64,000 bases of DNA from Phaeosaccion multiseriatum (taxonomy: Eukaryota > Protista > Ochrophyta, other classes). Numbering within the stretch: position 1 is the stretch's first letter; every line of letters starts with the position of its first letter. The stretch is taken from NCBI GenBank assembly GCA_965112735.1, contig OZ218952.1, positions 1,116,001 through 1,180,000 of the forward strand, written 5' to 3'. Under the pieces are notes generated by a model. It was not told the DNA's origin and made no database searches. It saw nothing but the letters and a program-made list of their open reading frames with translations. This document shows, piece after piece, positions 27,001-47,508 of the stretch. The position numbers and the translations under genes were made by a program.

Positions 27001-27315
27001 GAGAGGCGCGCGAAGGAGAGGCGGCAGGAGCTGGATTCGAACCCGCCTACCTATGGTGAGCTTTTCAAGTTCTGCTTGGAGCACGGTTGTGTACCGCTGT
27101 CGCTCTTCCGTCCGGCAGGGCACGGGGGCGCCCCAATGGCGTACAGTGTGACAAACCCTCCTCCCCGAGAACCTCTCGTGGTTGGGTCGGGGCGGGTGCC
27201 CAAGAGCTCCAACGAGTTTCTAGCGTCGACGGCGTCGCGGAGGCAGACGAGGGAGGCAGTGGACTCTGTCTTCGTGCTACGGAGCGCAGGTTGCACACTG
27301 GGAAAGTACATTTAG
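18007..27315 (+). CDS. Large-conductance Ca2+-activated (BK/Slo-like) potassium channel with RCK domains, multi-exon
   Basis: S4-like 'FLRFLRLIK'; pore 'NAIYYVVITL|STVGYGDISPSSTLSR'; RCK-type motifs 'YYKGSVQNPSDL..IRAEYADAIV', 'WVREYRKG', 'GHVAV', 'PIFAAG', 'YSVTNPP...DSVFVL'. Confidence 0.87.
23410..23762. repeat. Intronic hexamer array (GCTCTT/GCCCTT/GCTATT)n
   Basis: Direct reading; source of the ALAL/CSC/LLL ORFs. Confidence 0.9.
24288..24445. repeat. (CTC)n intronic microsatellite
   Basis: Direct reading. Confidence 0.95.
26290..26475. repeat. (GAG)n intronic microsatellite starting at a GTGAG donor
   Basis: Direct reading. Confidence 0.95.
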
Positions 27316-27439
27316 TCGATGATGGTGTCTCCTTTGGATGGATGGCAATCAATTAACGATGTGGGTGTAAAATGTATTTTCAGCCCTCTTGGTTTAGAAT
27401 GGGGGGGAGCGAGGGAAGTGAAGCACGCAGGCCGCTTTG

Positions 27440-27762
27440 TCGTCAGGACACATGACACAACAGCAGACAGCAGATGCCAGGTGTCAGGATCCAGGTGTGG
27501 CCCCCAGCGCACCGAAGGGAGTCAAGATTCAGGCCCTGATTACAGAGGTGTCTCATAGATATTTGTATATACGCACACGCACGCACGCATGTACGCATAC
27601 ACACACATCAGCCGTCTCAGTTCCTCATGGGGCACGTCTCCAGCCCCAAGAAGGCGCCGGCTGCATGGCGGCCTCCACCCCTCTGAAGAAGGCCTTCTGC
27701 AGGGGGCGGCACAGGGGCAGGATGAGAGCCCCGAGGGGCCCCGCTCCCTTGGCCACAGAAAA
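27440..27762 (-). repeat. Third copy (inverted) of the DUF1990 last-exon/3'UTR segment
   Basis: Reverse complement reads 'ctgtggccaagggagcggggcccctcgggg...atgcagccggcgccttcttggggctggagacgtgccccatgaggaactgagacggctg...tggatcctgacacctggc'. Confidence 0.9.
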
Positions 27763-28183
27763 CCGTCAGGCGGCACGCTATCTTGTTCACACGTAAGAAG
27801 ACCGCTGTGTGAGCGTGACAACGACTACAATAACAACAACAACAAAACTTACATTAATCTTCTCATCTTCTTACGTGCAGGTCGGTCGGTTCCTCCCGCT
27901 ATCGAGCGAAGGACCTTTTCTTTCAGCACTTTTCATTAGAAGAAATTTCCTTTCAGCACTTCTCATTAGAAGAACTTTCCTTTAGCCAGCAACACACGAC
28001 AAGCAGGCGCACGCACTGAGGTCGTGCCGTTGGGCTGACCGCATGAACTTCGGCTGAATGGGTCCCCTTCCCTTCCCTCCCTTTCCTCCCCCCGCCCCTC
28101 CCTCCCCTCCCGCCCATGATCCCATCATCTATTGTATCAAAAGCTCAAAAGCTGGTGGGCGTATAGTGCCATCCATAGTCCTC

Positions 28184-33188
<5,005 letters not shown>

Positions 33189-33542
33189 GTCTCTCTCCCA
33201 CCTAAGATGGACGGCGTCTGTTACGCTGCAGCCGAGCAAAAGAGCTGGATTTTTTGTAACGGTTTTTACTTTGCGCCCCGAGGGGGGATTGACCTTGCCC
33301 TTGAAAGGTCTGACACCGAGAAATACCCAGGAAATACGATAGTGAAGTTAAACCGCGCTCAACAGGGAGGAGCAACAAAGACAAGAAGGAGTTGCTTGAC
33401 CAAGCAGAAAGGCTGAGGAGAGAAAGGGCGGCTTGGACTTGTGGGGCGAGAAGAAGCTGCGGGGGAAAGATAGGGCAACAGTTCGTCACAGCCTTCCGTC
33501 AACAGGCAGCAGAAGGGGGGTTGGGGGGGGGCAGGGGGGGGC

Positions 33543-36287
33543 ATGTCGACTGTGCCGGCCGACCATCCTGCACGACCTGATGACTCTCTTCCCGGGCAGG
33601 GGAACGGGGGAAGTCGCAGCAACAAGCGGGGGTTCCCAGCAACAGAGGGAGGCCGCGGACCCGCCGCAATAGCAACAGCAGCAGCAGCAGCAGCAGCTGC
33701 AGGGGCAGCTGGGGGGGCGAGGGCGGCCGGGGGAGCTGCTCTACCCACGGCGGGGTACTCTGGCGCTTTCCGCCAGCCTGTGGGGGGCAGAGGGTTGACC
33801 CTGGCCTCGGGGGGGTCTCTCACCAAGAAGCCCAAACTGGAGGTGGAGGATGAGGAGGGGGACGGGGGCGGGCAGCAGGTGCCAGCCATGCCTGGGCCGG
33901 GCTGGTACAATGGCGGCGAGGACCAGCAGACAGGGGAGGACGTGGAGGATGGGGACGATGGTGCTTCCAAGGGGCAGCAGCCGAAGGTGCTCCTGACGGC
34001 CAACGAGAAGGCGAAGGCCAAGTAAGTGCGGCAAGTTTTTCCGTTCCCAGCAAGACTTCGCGCGATGGCCCGATGCGGTTGGGCGAGTCATCTGCGTCTA
34101 CTTTCCCCGTGGTCCTTGCCAGTGTCACCGGGGCTTTCCTACTCGCCCGCTGTTTCTCCCCCCCTCGCACTCACCCTTTGAATCTTGCCCTCTTTCCTCA
34201 CCACCTTCCAACCTCAAACAAACCCCAACGTAAATGCAACTCAATCAACAGTCGGGACCGGAACAGGGAGCACGCGAGAAATACACGACTGCGGAAAAAG
34301 GCCTATGTGGAGCGCCTCAAGAAGGAGGTTCAGGACCTGGGGGCGGAGAGGGATCAGATGGAAAGGAACCAAGTGGGCATTCAAGCAGTGCATGCCCAGC
34401 AAGCAGCGGTCAAGCTGCAGGTCCTCAAGACCATGTTTTACTACCGCTCCTTGGGGGAGCTGCAGAGGGCGCAGTGGCAGGAGGTGTTGGATGAGAACTT
34501 TACGTGCATCATGCCCATCACGCCATACCGAAGCTTCTTGGCCACCGAGGTGAGGGAGGGAGCCAACCTTGGGAGGGGGGGTAGACGCATCTGAGATGGA
34601 GGGATGGGTTGGGGGTTGGGATTGGCGTGGGAGATGGGGGCTGATACGGGTCCATCCATGTTTTTTGGGGGGGGTGTTTTTAGTGTGTGCGTGGGGGGCG
34701 GTTCGGTTCGATTTCATTCCTCTCTTGGCTTCAATTTGTCTCTCTTGGCTTCGTCTGCAGGTGAACAACAGCCAGCGGGTGCTGCGCGGCATCGACGCCT
34801 TCATCCAGGACGTGTCCAGCCTGCACGTCCTCCTCTCCTCCATCGGTAGGAGGCCGAGGGGAGGGGGCGGGGAGAAGAATGTGGTGATTCAGCATTACGC
34901 TGGGCCCGACGACACCATCATCATGGGGGATGCAGTCATGTGCAGGTGCGTGGGTGCGGGGGTGAGGTGGAGTGGGGGGGGGGGTGGGGGGGCAGATTTG
35001 GACGTGTAGGTAGTAGAGAAGGGACGGAGCGAAGTGGGAGCAGATTGGCCGAGAAGCTCGTCAAGACGACAAGGGGCTCATTCCCGTCAACACTCACTCA
35101 CTCACTCACTCAAACCAATCAAACCACACCAATCAACCAAAATAACAGATGGCTGATGAAGACGGAGAACGCCACCCTGTGCGGGGCTCTCTCAGAGTGC
35201 TACATGAACGGCATGCTCAAGGCCAACTTCACCCCCCAGTCCCGCATTTTGTCGATGGAGCTTGTTTTTGACGTCATGAGCTTCATGCAGCAGCTGCAGC
35301 GATGCTCAGGATGGGAGGAGTTCAGGGTGGTGCCCAACAGGGTGAGTTGGAGCGAGGCTATGGGCAGCCAGGCAGACAGGCATATGGACAGGCATATGGG
35401 CGGGCGTATGAGCAGGCATATGAGCAGGCATATGGACAGGCAGACACCCAGCCAGGCACCCAGGCAGGCACCCAGGCAGGCAGGCGTAGAGGCATATGGG
35501 CTCGGTGCCAACCCCCACCTCGCTCATGCCTCGCCTTCCTTTGCGTCTCCCTCTCCCCTCTTCTCCTCTCCCCCCCACAGCTGGCCATGGCCCAGCAACC
35601 GTCAGAGGAAGCGCGTGTCATCTGCTCCGCGCAGCCCGAGCGGCGATGGGCGGTGGAGTCCATCAACCTTGCATGGGGTAACCGCTTTGGGTTGTGCCTG
35701 GAGGACTGCGAGGGCAAGCCGCTGTGGCAGTTGCTCACGGGGCCCGAGACCAACAGTGCCACTGTCGAGGTGCGTGTGTGTGTGTGGTTGGGTGTCTGTG
35801 GGTAGGTGGGGGTGTGGGTGGGTGGATGCACCAACGCGATTGATTGGAGAGCCCACGATGAGCTTGGAGCTTGCGAACCCGCACCCACGCACGTGCTCAC
35901 GTGGCCCTCCCTTCCTGTTCCTCTCCCCATCAAGTCAATCAATCTGTTCCTCCCCTACACACATCTATCATTCCTGCTCTCCTCTGCTCTTTTGTTTGTT
36001 CCAACCTACCGTTCCTCCCTCGTCTCTCTTCTACTGTTTCTTGTGTTTGGATTTTCCCTCTCCTTTTGTTGTTGTTATTATTTTTAGGCCTTCACGAGCA
36101 AGTTGGAGAAGAACCAAGCGGCGTGGATGGAAGTGACCACGTACCTGCCCCCCACACACGCACACGGGGGGCACATGGTGGCAAACTACGTGAGGGGCTA
36201 CCCTCTCATGAAGGACGGGGGAGAGGTGGAGTATTATCTGGTGACTATGGTTACCATGGGCGAGGCGGCCGGGCAGCAGGTGCAGGT

Positions 36288-36319
<32 letters not shown>

Positions 36320-37047
36320 TGGTGATACAGCAACAGCAGCAGTTGGTGATGCAGCAGGAGCAGCAGCAGCAGTTGGTGGTACAGCAGCAGCAACAGTTGG
36401 TACAGGAGCAGCAGCAAGCGCAGTTAAGAGGCGCTGCTGCGGCGGTTGGAGTCGTCCCCACGGTGGGCGCGCCGGGAGTAGGAGTAGCAGTTGGTGCTAC
36501 ACCAGAGGGAGTAGGCGGAGTAGGGGTAGTAGGAGTAGGAGGAGTAGGAGGAGTAGGCTCGGTGGTAGGTGGAGTAGTGGGTGGGGTAGGCGGAGTAGTG
36601 GGTGGGGTAGGTGGAGTAGTGGGAGGGGTGGGAGGAGTAGGCGGGGTAGGAGGAGTAGGCGGGGTAGGAGGAGTAGGCGGGGTAGGAGGAGTAGGCGGGG
36701 TAGGAGGAGTAGGCGGGGTAGGAGGAGTAGGCGGGGTAGGAGGAGTAGGCGGGGTAGGAGGAGTAGGCGGGGTAGGAGGAGTAGCTGGGGTGGGCGGAGT
36801 GGTTGGCGGGGTGGTGGGCGGAGTAGGCGGAGTAGGCGGAGTAGGCGGAGTGGTAGGAGCCATGACAGACGAGGATATCGACGTTTTGGGCTTCGGAAAC
36901 TCAGTGGACTTGGCGGGGGCGGGGGGCGGCGTGGTCGGGGTGGGGGTGGGGGTGGGCGGCGACGCAGAAGCGCAGTGGAACGACAATGTCAACGCAGTGG
37001 CCAGCGCTATGCAACAGCTCGAGCAAGACGGAGGCGTCTTCGGCTGA
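33543..37047 (+). CDS. bZIP transcription factor with C-terminal PAS-like domain and polyQ/(GGV)n tail, about 6 exons
   Basis: Basic region across splice 'KAKANRDRNREHARNTRLRKKAYVERLKKEVQDL'; PAS-like 'ARVICSAQ..WAVESINLAW..FG....CEGKPLWQLLTGPETN'. Confidence 0.85.
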
Positions 37048-37717
37048 CGGAGTGTGGAGTGAGTCGCGCATTAGCAGTTGGTAATACTGTAGTCGGTTGG
37101 TGGGTGGCTGTGTTTGTACAAACAACCGCGTTATTGTATGCCAACAATTTCATACGATTGCACAAATTACTGCAGTACCGGGGGTTCTCACAATAAATCC
37201 GGTATTAATTTACCTCGCTTTATTATTATTTTCGGGAAATGTAACTTTTGGGAATGATCAACAGTATGACGCTGGGAGAAGCGCTATAGCTCTTCGTGTT
37301 GCTCTTTGAGATGCCTACCCACACAGTTTCCAAAGCTTTCAGCATTTCTGCATGAGCACTCCCTTGCCGCCGGGCGATTTGGGCGTTTTGTTTGTTTTTT
37401 TTAATTTGTGCACTGAAGTACCCGGCAAAGACAGACCAGCACCATTCACTGCTTCATCCACCCGGCCGAAGACCAAAAAAGAAGCACAGCAAGAGACGGA
37501 TGGCAGCGGATGGCAGAAGGACGACGCCCGCACCCCCCGCGCTCGCCAGTCACTTGTCTGTCAGTCTGTCCATGTGTACACCAACTGTGACCTCCCTGCC
37601 ACGTCTCAAGCCAACACGCCAAGTCCCAACTCAACATGTCTCTCCCGTCAGTCTCCCATATGTCCAAAAAAAAAGTTTTGTCACACTTATCACCATCCAA
37701 GTCACCACAAGCCCAAG

Positions 37718-42802
<5,085 letters not shown>

Positions 42803-42967
42803 GGTGCTTCTCTGATGCTATTTGCTGCTGTTTCTGCTTCTTCGCTCGCTCTCCACAAATCGCCCCCCACAAGTTAAGGAAAGTGGGGGATATCGAATTT
42901 TTTTATCGAGGTGCTGTGTCTCTAAAAAAAGACGGTCCTCTCTAATTCCGTCTAGTGGTCGGCCCCT

Positions 42968-43222
42968 TCGGCCCTGGAAGAGGTTACAGTGTGCGCCGGT
43001 CATAATCAGTAATCAGGCCGGCTGGCGCCAATAATCAGTAATCAGGCCGGCTAGCGCCCGTCATAATCAGTAATCAGGCCGGCTGGCGCCGGTCATAATC
43101 AGTAATCAGACCCGGCTGGCGCCGGCCATAATCAGTAATCAGGCCCGGCTGGCGCCATAATCAGTAATCAGGCCGGCTGCGCCGGCCGTAATCAGTAATC
43201 TGATAACCTCTTCCAGGGCCGA
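42968..43222 (-). mobile_element. MITE-like element, family B copy 1 (7 internal units), opposite orientation to copies 2 and 3
   Basis: 19-bp TIR TCGGCCCTGGAAGAGGTTA; TSD GCCCCT (42962-42967, 43223-43228); TAATCAGTAATC units. Confidence 0.92.
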
Positions 43223-43268
43223 GCCCCTCGTTAATCGATTAGCGGGCCGCACCTTTCGGGTGAGCCAT

Positions 43269-43555
43269 TCGGCCCTGGAAGAGGTTATCAGATTACTGAT
43301 TACGGCCGGCGCAGCCGGCCTGATTACTGATTACTGCCGGCGCCAGCCGGCCTGATTACTGATTAAGGCGCCAGCCGGGCCTGATTACTGATTATGGCCG
43401 GCGTCAGCCGGGTCTGATTACTGATTATGACCGGCGCCAGCCGGCCTGATTACTGATTATGACGGGCGCTAGCCGGCCTGATTACTGATTATTGGCGCCA
43501 GCCGGCCTGATTACTGATTATGACCGGCGCACACTGTAACCTCTTCCAGGGCCGA
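43269..43555 (+). mobile_element. MITE-like element, family B copy 2 (287 bp, 8 units)
   Basis: Same TIR; TSD AGCCAT (43263-43268, 43556-43561); GATTACTGATTA units with GCCGGCGCCAGCCGGC-type linkers. Confidence 0.92.
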
Positions 43556-44199
43556 AGCCATTGATTGGGGGTCTAATGGAACTGAATCTGATATTTTCCT
43601 TCATAGTGCCCTTGAGCCTTAGCCCTTGTGGTCGCTGGGCGCTGGTGGGAGACTGTTGTGCCGACTGTTGGATAGAGGAAGGAGGAGTCACAGAGCCTCC
43701 ACGTCCTGTTCGGGGGAGGGATGGCGCTGAAATCAAGGATAATTGGGGAGTCGACCTCCCCAAAAACCGTTCAGAGGAAGAATCGGTGCTCAACGTTTTA
43801 CCTTTCAAAATCCATTCAGCGTTTGCTCAAATCGGTTTCAAGGGCCATTCACCGCGAAATTGCAGTCAATATATTTCTTTTAAAAGTTAAAAGTACGAAG
43901 GACGAGCCAGCTGTTTTATCAACCATGAATTTTGCATCCCAGTGGGCGAGCTCGCTTCCGCCTTTGTCCGCTCAGAGCTTTCTTGCCGAAGAACAAGAGC
44001 GATGATAAAAAAAAAAACTCACAACAACACCTCTTCTAACCCCCCCCCCCCCCTCTCCAGCCCCCCGCGGCTTCACACTCTTTTCTCCTCCTCCTCCTCC
44101 TCCTCCTCCTCCTCCTCCTCCTCCTCCTCCTCCTCCTCCTCCTCTAATCCTCCGCTTAATTTGCGTTTAAACCGTCTCACTCCGCCCTCCCCGCCGTCC

Positions 44200-44517
44200 T
44201 CACTCCGTGTTCGAAGGGTCACTCGCACTGGGAGGCTGAGTCTTGGCTCCTGTGCCCCCCCCTCCATTCCCCTTCTTGTGTGCCTTCGGTGCTGCCTTCT
44301 CCCCTTTCTCTTGCTGCTGCCCGCTCCCCCCGCTCGAGCTCTTCTTCTTTCCTCCTCCTGCCCCTGCCCCTGTTCCTCCTCCTTCTCCTCCCTTCTTCGC
44401 ATCCGCCCCTCCACCTGTTCCGCCTTTCTCTGCTGGGGCCTTTGCAGCTCGACTCGCCCCCGCTGCAGCACTTGCTTTGGTCTTTGGTGCAGCACGGCTG
44501 GTGGCACCACCACCACC

Positions 44518-44554
<37 letters not shown>

Positions 44555-47468
44555 GTCTTCCCCGCAGCGCCCTTCTTCACAGAGCCTTCCCGTCCTCCAC
44601 TGCCACCACCATCACCATCACTCCCTCCCGCTGCTGCTTTCTTTTCACCCCCAACCCCAGTCCCAGCCTCCTTCGGCGAAGAAGAAGAAGAAGAAGAAGA
44701 AGAAGAAGAGGCTCCCCCCCCCGCCCCTCCCTTGCCGCCCTGCTGCTTGCTGTTACCCCCTCTCTTCTTCGCTCCTCCCCCTCCCTCGGTGGGCACCGCA
44801 GCTGCCCCTGTCCGCCCGTCCACTGCCTCAACCCCGTCGTCGACCATCTTCGCATCACCATCGCCATCACCATCACCATTACCACCTTTGCCTCCCGGTC
44901 GCTGCTTCGTCGCAATACTAAGACCCTTGCTGCTCTCGTTGTTCTTGTCGCTGTCGTCGTCGTTGTTGTTGTTGGCTCCCTTGCTTGCCGAGGACGAGGC
45001 CTCTGCCTCTGCCTCGGACGGGGAAGACGCGGCAGCAGACCCTTCCTTGGCGTCACTGAAGCGCCACAGACACACAAGGTTGTCTCCACTCCCCGTCGCG
45101 AATAGTCTATCTGTGGGCGAGGCGCTAATGCCAATGACGCTGTTCTTGAAGCCGGTAAGCCTGGCCACCTTCTTACAAGTGGCTGCGTCCCATAAGATGA
45201 TGCTGCGGTCCTTGGAGCCGCTGATGATATATTTTCCGTCCTGACTGAAGGAAATGCTCAGCACAAAGTCGCTGTGGCCGGTGAGGATCCGCGGTGCGAT
45301 GTCGGAGGCTTTGGGGACTACTCTTTTTCGCTCCTCTCCATCGCCGCCCTCTCCTCCTCCTCCTCCTCCTCCTCCTCCTCCTCCTCCTCCTCCTTCTGCT
45401 GCTGCTGCTGCTGCACCCCCCTTCCCCTCCGCTTCGGAAGCTTTAGCCGGCGTGATGCTGAGCCCAAGCTCCCAAACCTTAATGGCCATGTCCAGACCGC
45501 CGCTGAGGAGACGCGTCCCGTCGAGGGAAAAGGTGACTGCGTAGACGCTCTCCTCCTGAGTGTCGAGCCTGTACACCAAGGTGCCCTGTGTCACAAGCAA
45601 GCAAGCAACCAAGCAAGCAAAGACCCACACATTAAAAACAGCACGAGCACGCAGCAAAGCAGCAAAGTGAGTAGGAAGCAAAAAGAGATGGCAGCGCACG
45701 TCACGTGATGAGTACTTCTGCTTGGAGGCCAACGGAGATGGCAACAAACGTCACGTGATCAGCACTTCTGCTTGCTCTTGCTGTGTGCTGCTTGCTCGTC
45801 CTCCTTTTGTCTTCCTCAAAGCATCCTCCTCTTGCTTGGTTGGGAGCACCACCAACCAACCAATCAACCAACCCACCCACCACCCACCACCCTCACTCCC
45901 CCCAAACTCAGACCCTCTCATACCCTCTCACACCAACCTCTTCGGTCTCCCACACATGGACCATCCGATCTATACTGGCGGCGGCAACGAGCTTCCCATC
46001 CTGCCTCAGTGCCACAGAGGTTATGCCGTCCTGGGGGTTGTCCTCCCCCAGCGACACGCGGCACGATCCTGTGGATGAGTTCCACAGCCGCACTCGGCCA
46101 TCGCCGCTGCCACTGACAATGACGGAGCCGACCCAGTCTAGCGAGTACACCTCACTGAGATGCCCTGACAGCTTGATTGGAGCGGCAAGGTTGCTGCTGC
46201 TCGATGCGGTGTTGTTGTTTCCGGTGGCGGGGGTGCCTGTTGCTGTTTTGCTACTTGTGCTAGAGGTTGAGGTTGAGGTTGAGGTTGGTGGTGCCTGCTG
46301 GAGGGTCAGGATTTGTGCACTGTTGGCTTCCATGCCCACCACAATCTGCACTCCCCAACATGGAGGGTAAAGGTAGGGCGGGGGGGGGGGGAGGGCACAG
46401 AGGGCACGAAAGAGGAGAGGTCAGAGAGGGCAGAGACGTCAGAAAGGGCAGGAGGGTAGGAGGGTAGGAGGGTAGAAGGGTAGGAGGGTAGGACGGTAGG
46501 AGGGTAGGAGGGCAGGAGGGTAGGAGGGTAGGAGGACAGGAGGGTAGGAGGACAGGAGGGTAGAAGGACAGGAGGGTAGGAGGGTAGGAGGACAGGAGGG
46601 TAGGAGGGCGGGTGGGTAGGAGGGTAGGAGGGCAGAGACGTCAGAAAGGGTAGGAGGGTAGGAGGACAGGAGGACAGGAGGGTAGGAGGGTAGGAGGGTA
46701 GGAGGGCAGGAGGGTAGGAGGACAGGAGGGTAGGAGGACAGGAGGGTAGGAGGGTAGGAGGACAGGAGGGTAGGAGGGTAGGAGGACAGGAGGGTAGGAG
46801 GGTAGGAGGGCGGGGGGGTAGGAGGGTAGGAGGGCAGAGACGTCAGAAAGGGTAGGAGGGTAGGAGGACAGGAGGACAGGAGGGTAGGAGGGTAGGAGGG
46901 TAGGAGGACAGGAGGGTAGGGAGGGTAGGAGGGCAGGAGGGTAGGAGGGTAGGAGGACAGGAGGGTAGGAGGACAGGAGGGTAGGAGGGTAGGAGGACAG
47001 GAGGGTAGGAGGGTAGGAGGACAGGAGGGTAGAAGGACAGGAGGGTAGGGGGGTAGGAGGACAGGAGGGTAGGAGGGCGGGTGGGTAGGAGGGTAGGAGG
47101 GCAGAGACGTCAGAAAGGGTAGGAGGGTAGGAGGACAGGAGGACAGGAGGGTAGGAGGACAGGAGGGTAGGAGGGTAGGAGGGTAGGAGGGTAGGAGGAC
47201 AGGAGGGTAGAAGGACAGGAGGGTAGGAGGGTAGGAGGGTAGGAGGGTAGGAGGGTAGGAGGGCGCCCTGTTGAGAGACAGAGACAGTGGCGTGATGGGG
47301 GGCCGTTACGAATAGTGCCGTGTGAGCAGGACAAGGTGGGGGTGTCCGTGTGGGTAGGTGGGGGAGAGACCTTTCGCCTCTGGGGCCTCGAGCTGCGGCC
47401 CCAACCGCAATATCTCTCCCTCCCTCCCCCTCTCACTTCCTCTCTCTTCTCTCTGTCTGTCTCTTCCT

Positions 47469-47508
<40 letters not shown>

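Noticed and set aside
27921-27983. Regulatory element
   Set aside because: Only a 2x30-bp local tandem duplication in the FMO 3' region, with no further support
33543-37047. Aureochrome blue-light receptor
   Set aside because: Lacks the LOV NCRFLQ flavin-binding cysteine motif
42968-43555. CRISPR-like repeat/spacer array (also 10319-10690 and 50151-50437)
   Set aside because: The 'spacers' are near-identical GC linkers rather than unique sequences, the arrays are bounded by TIRs and TSDs, there are no cas genes, and the context is eukaryotic
43562-44000. Transposase or foreign gene fragment beside the MITE pair
   Set aside because: More AT-rich than its surroundings, but the short ORFs show no motif I can recognise
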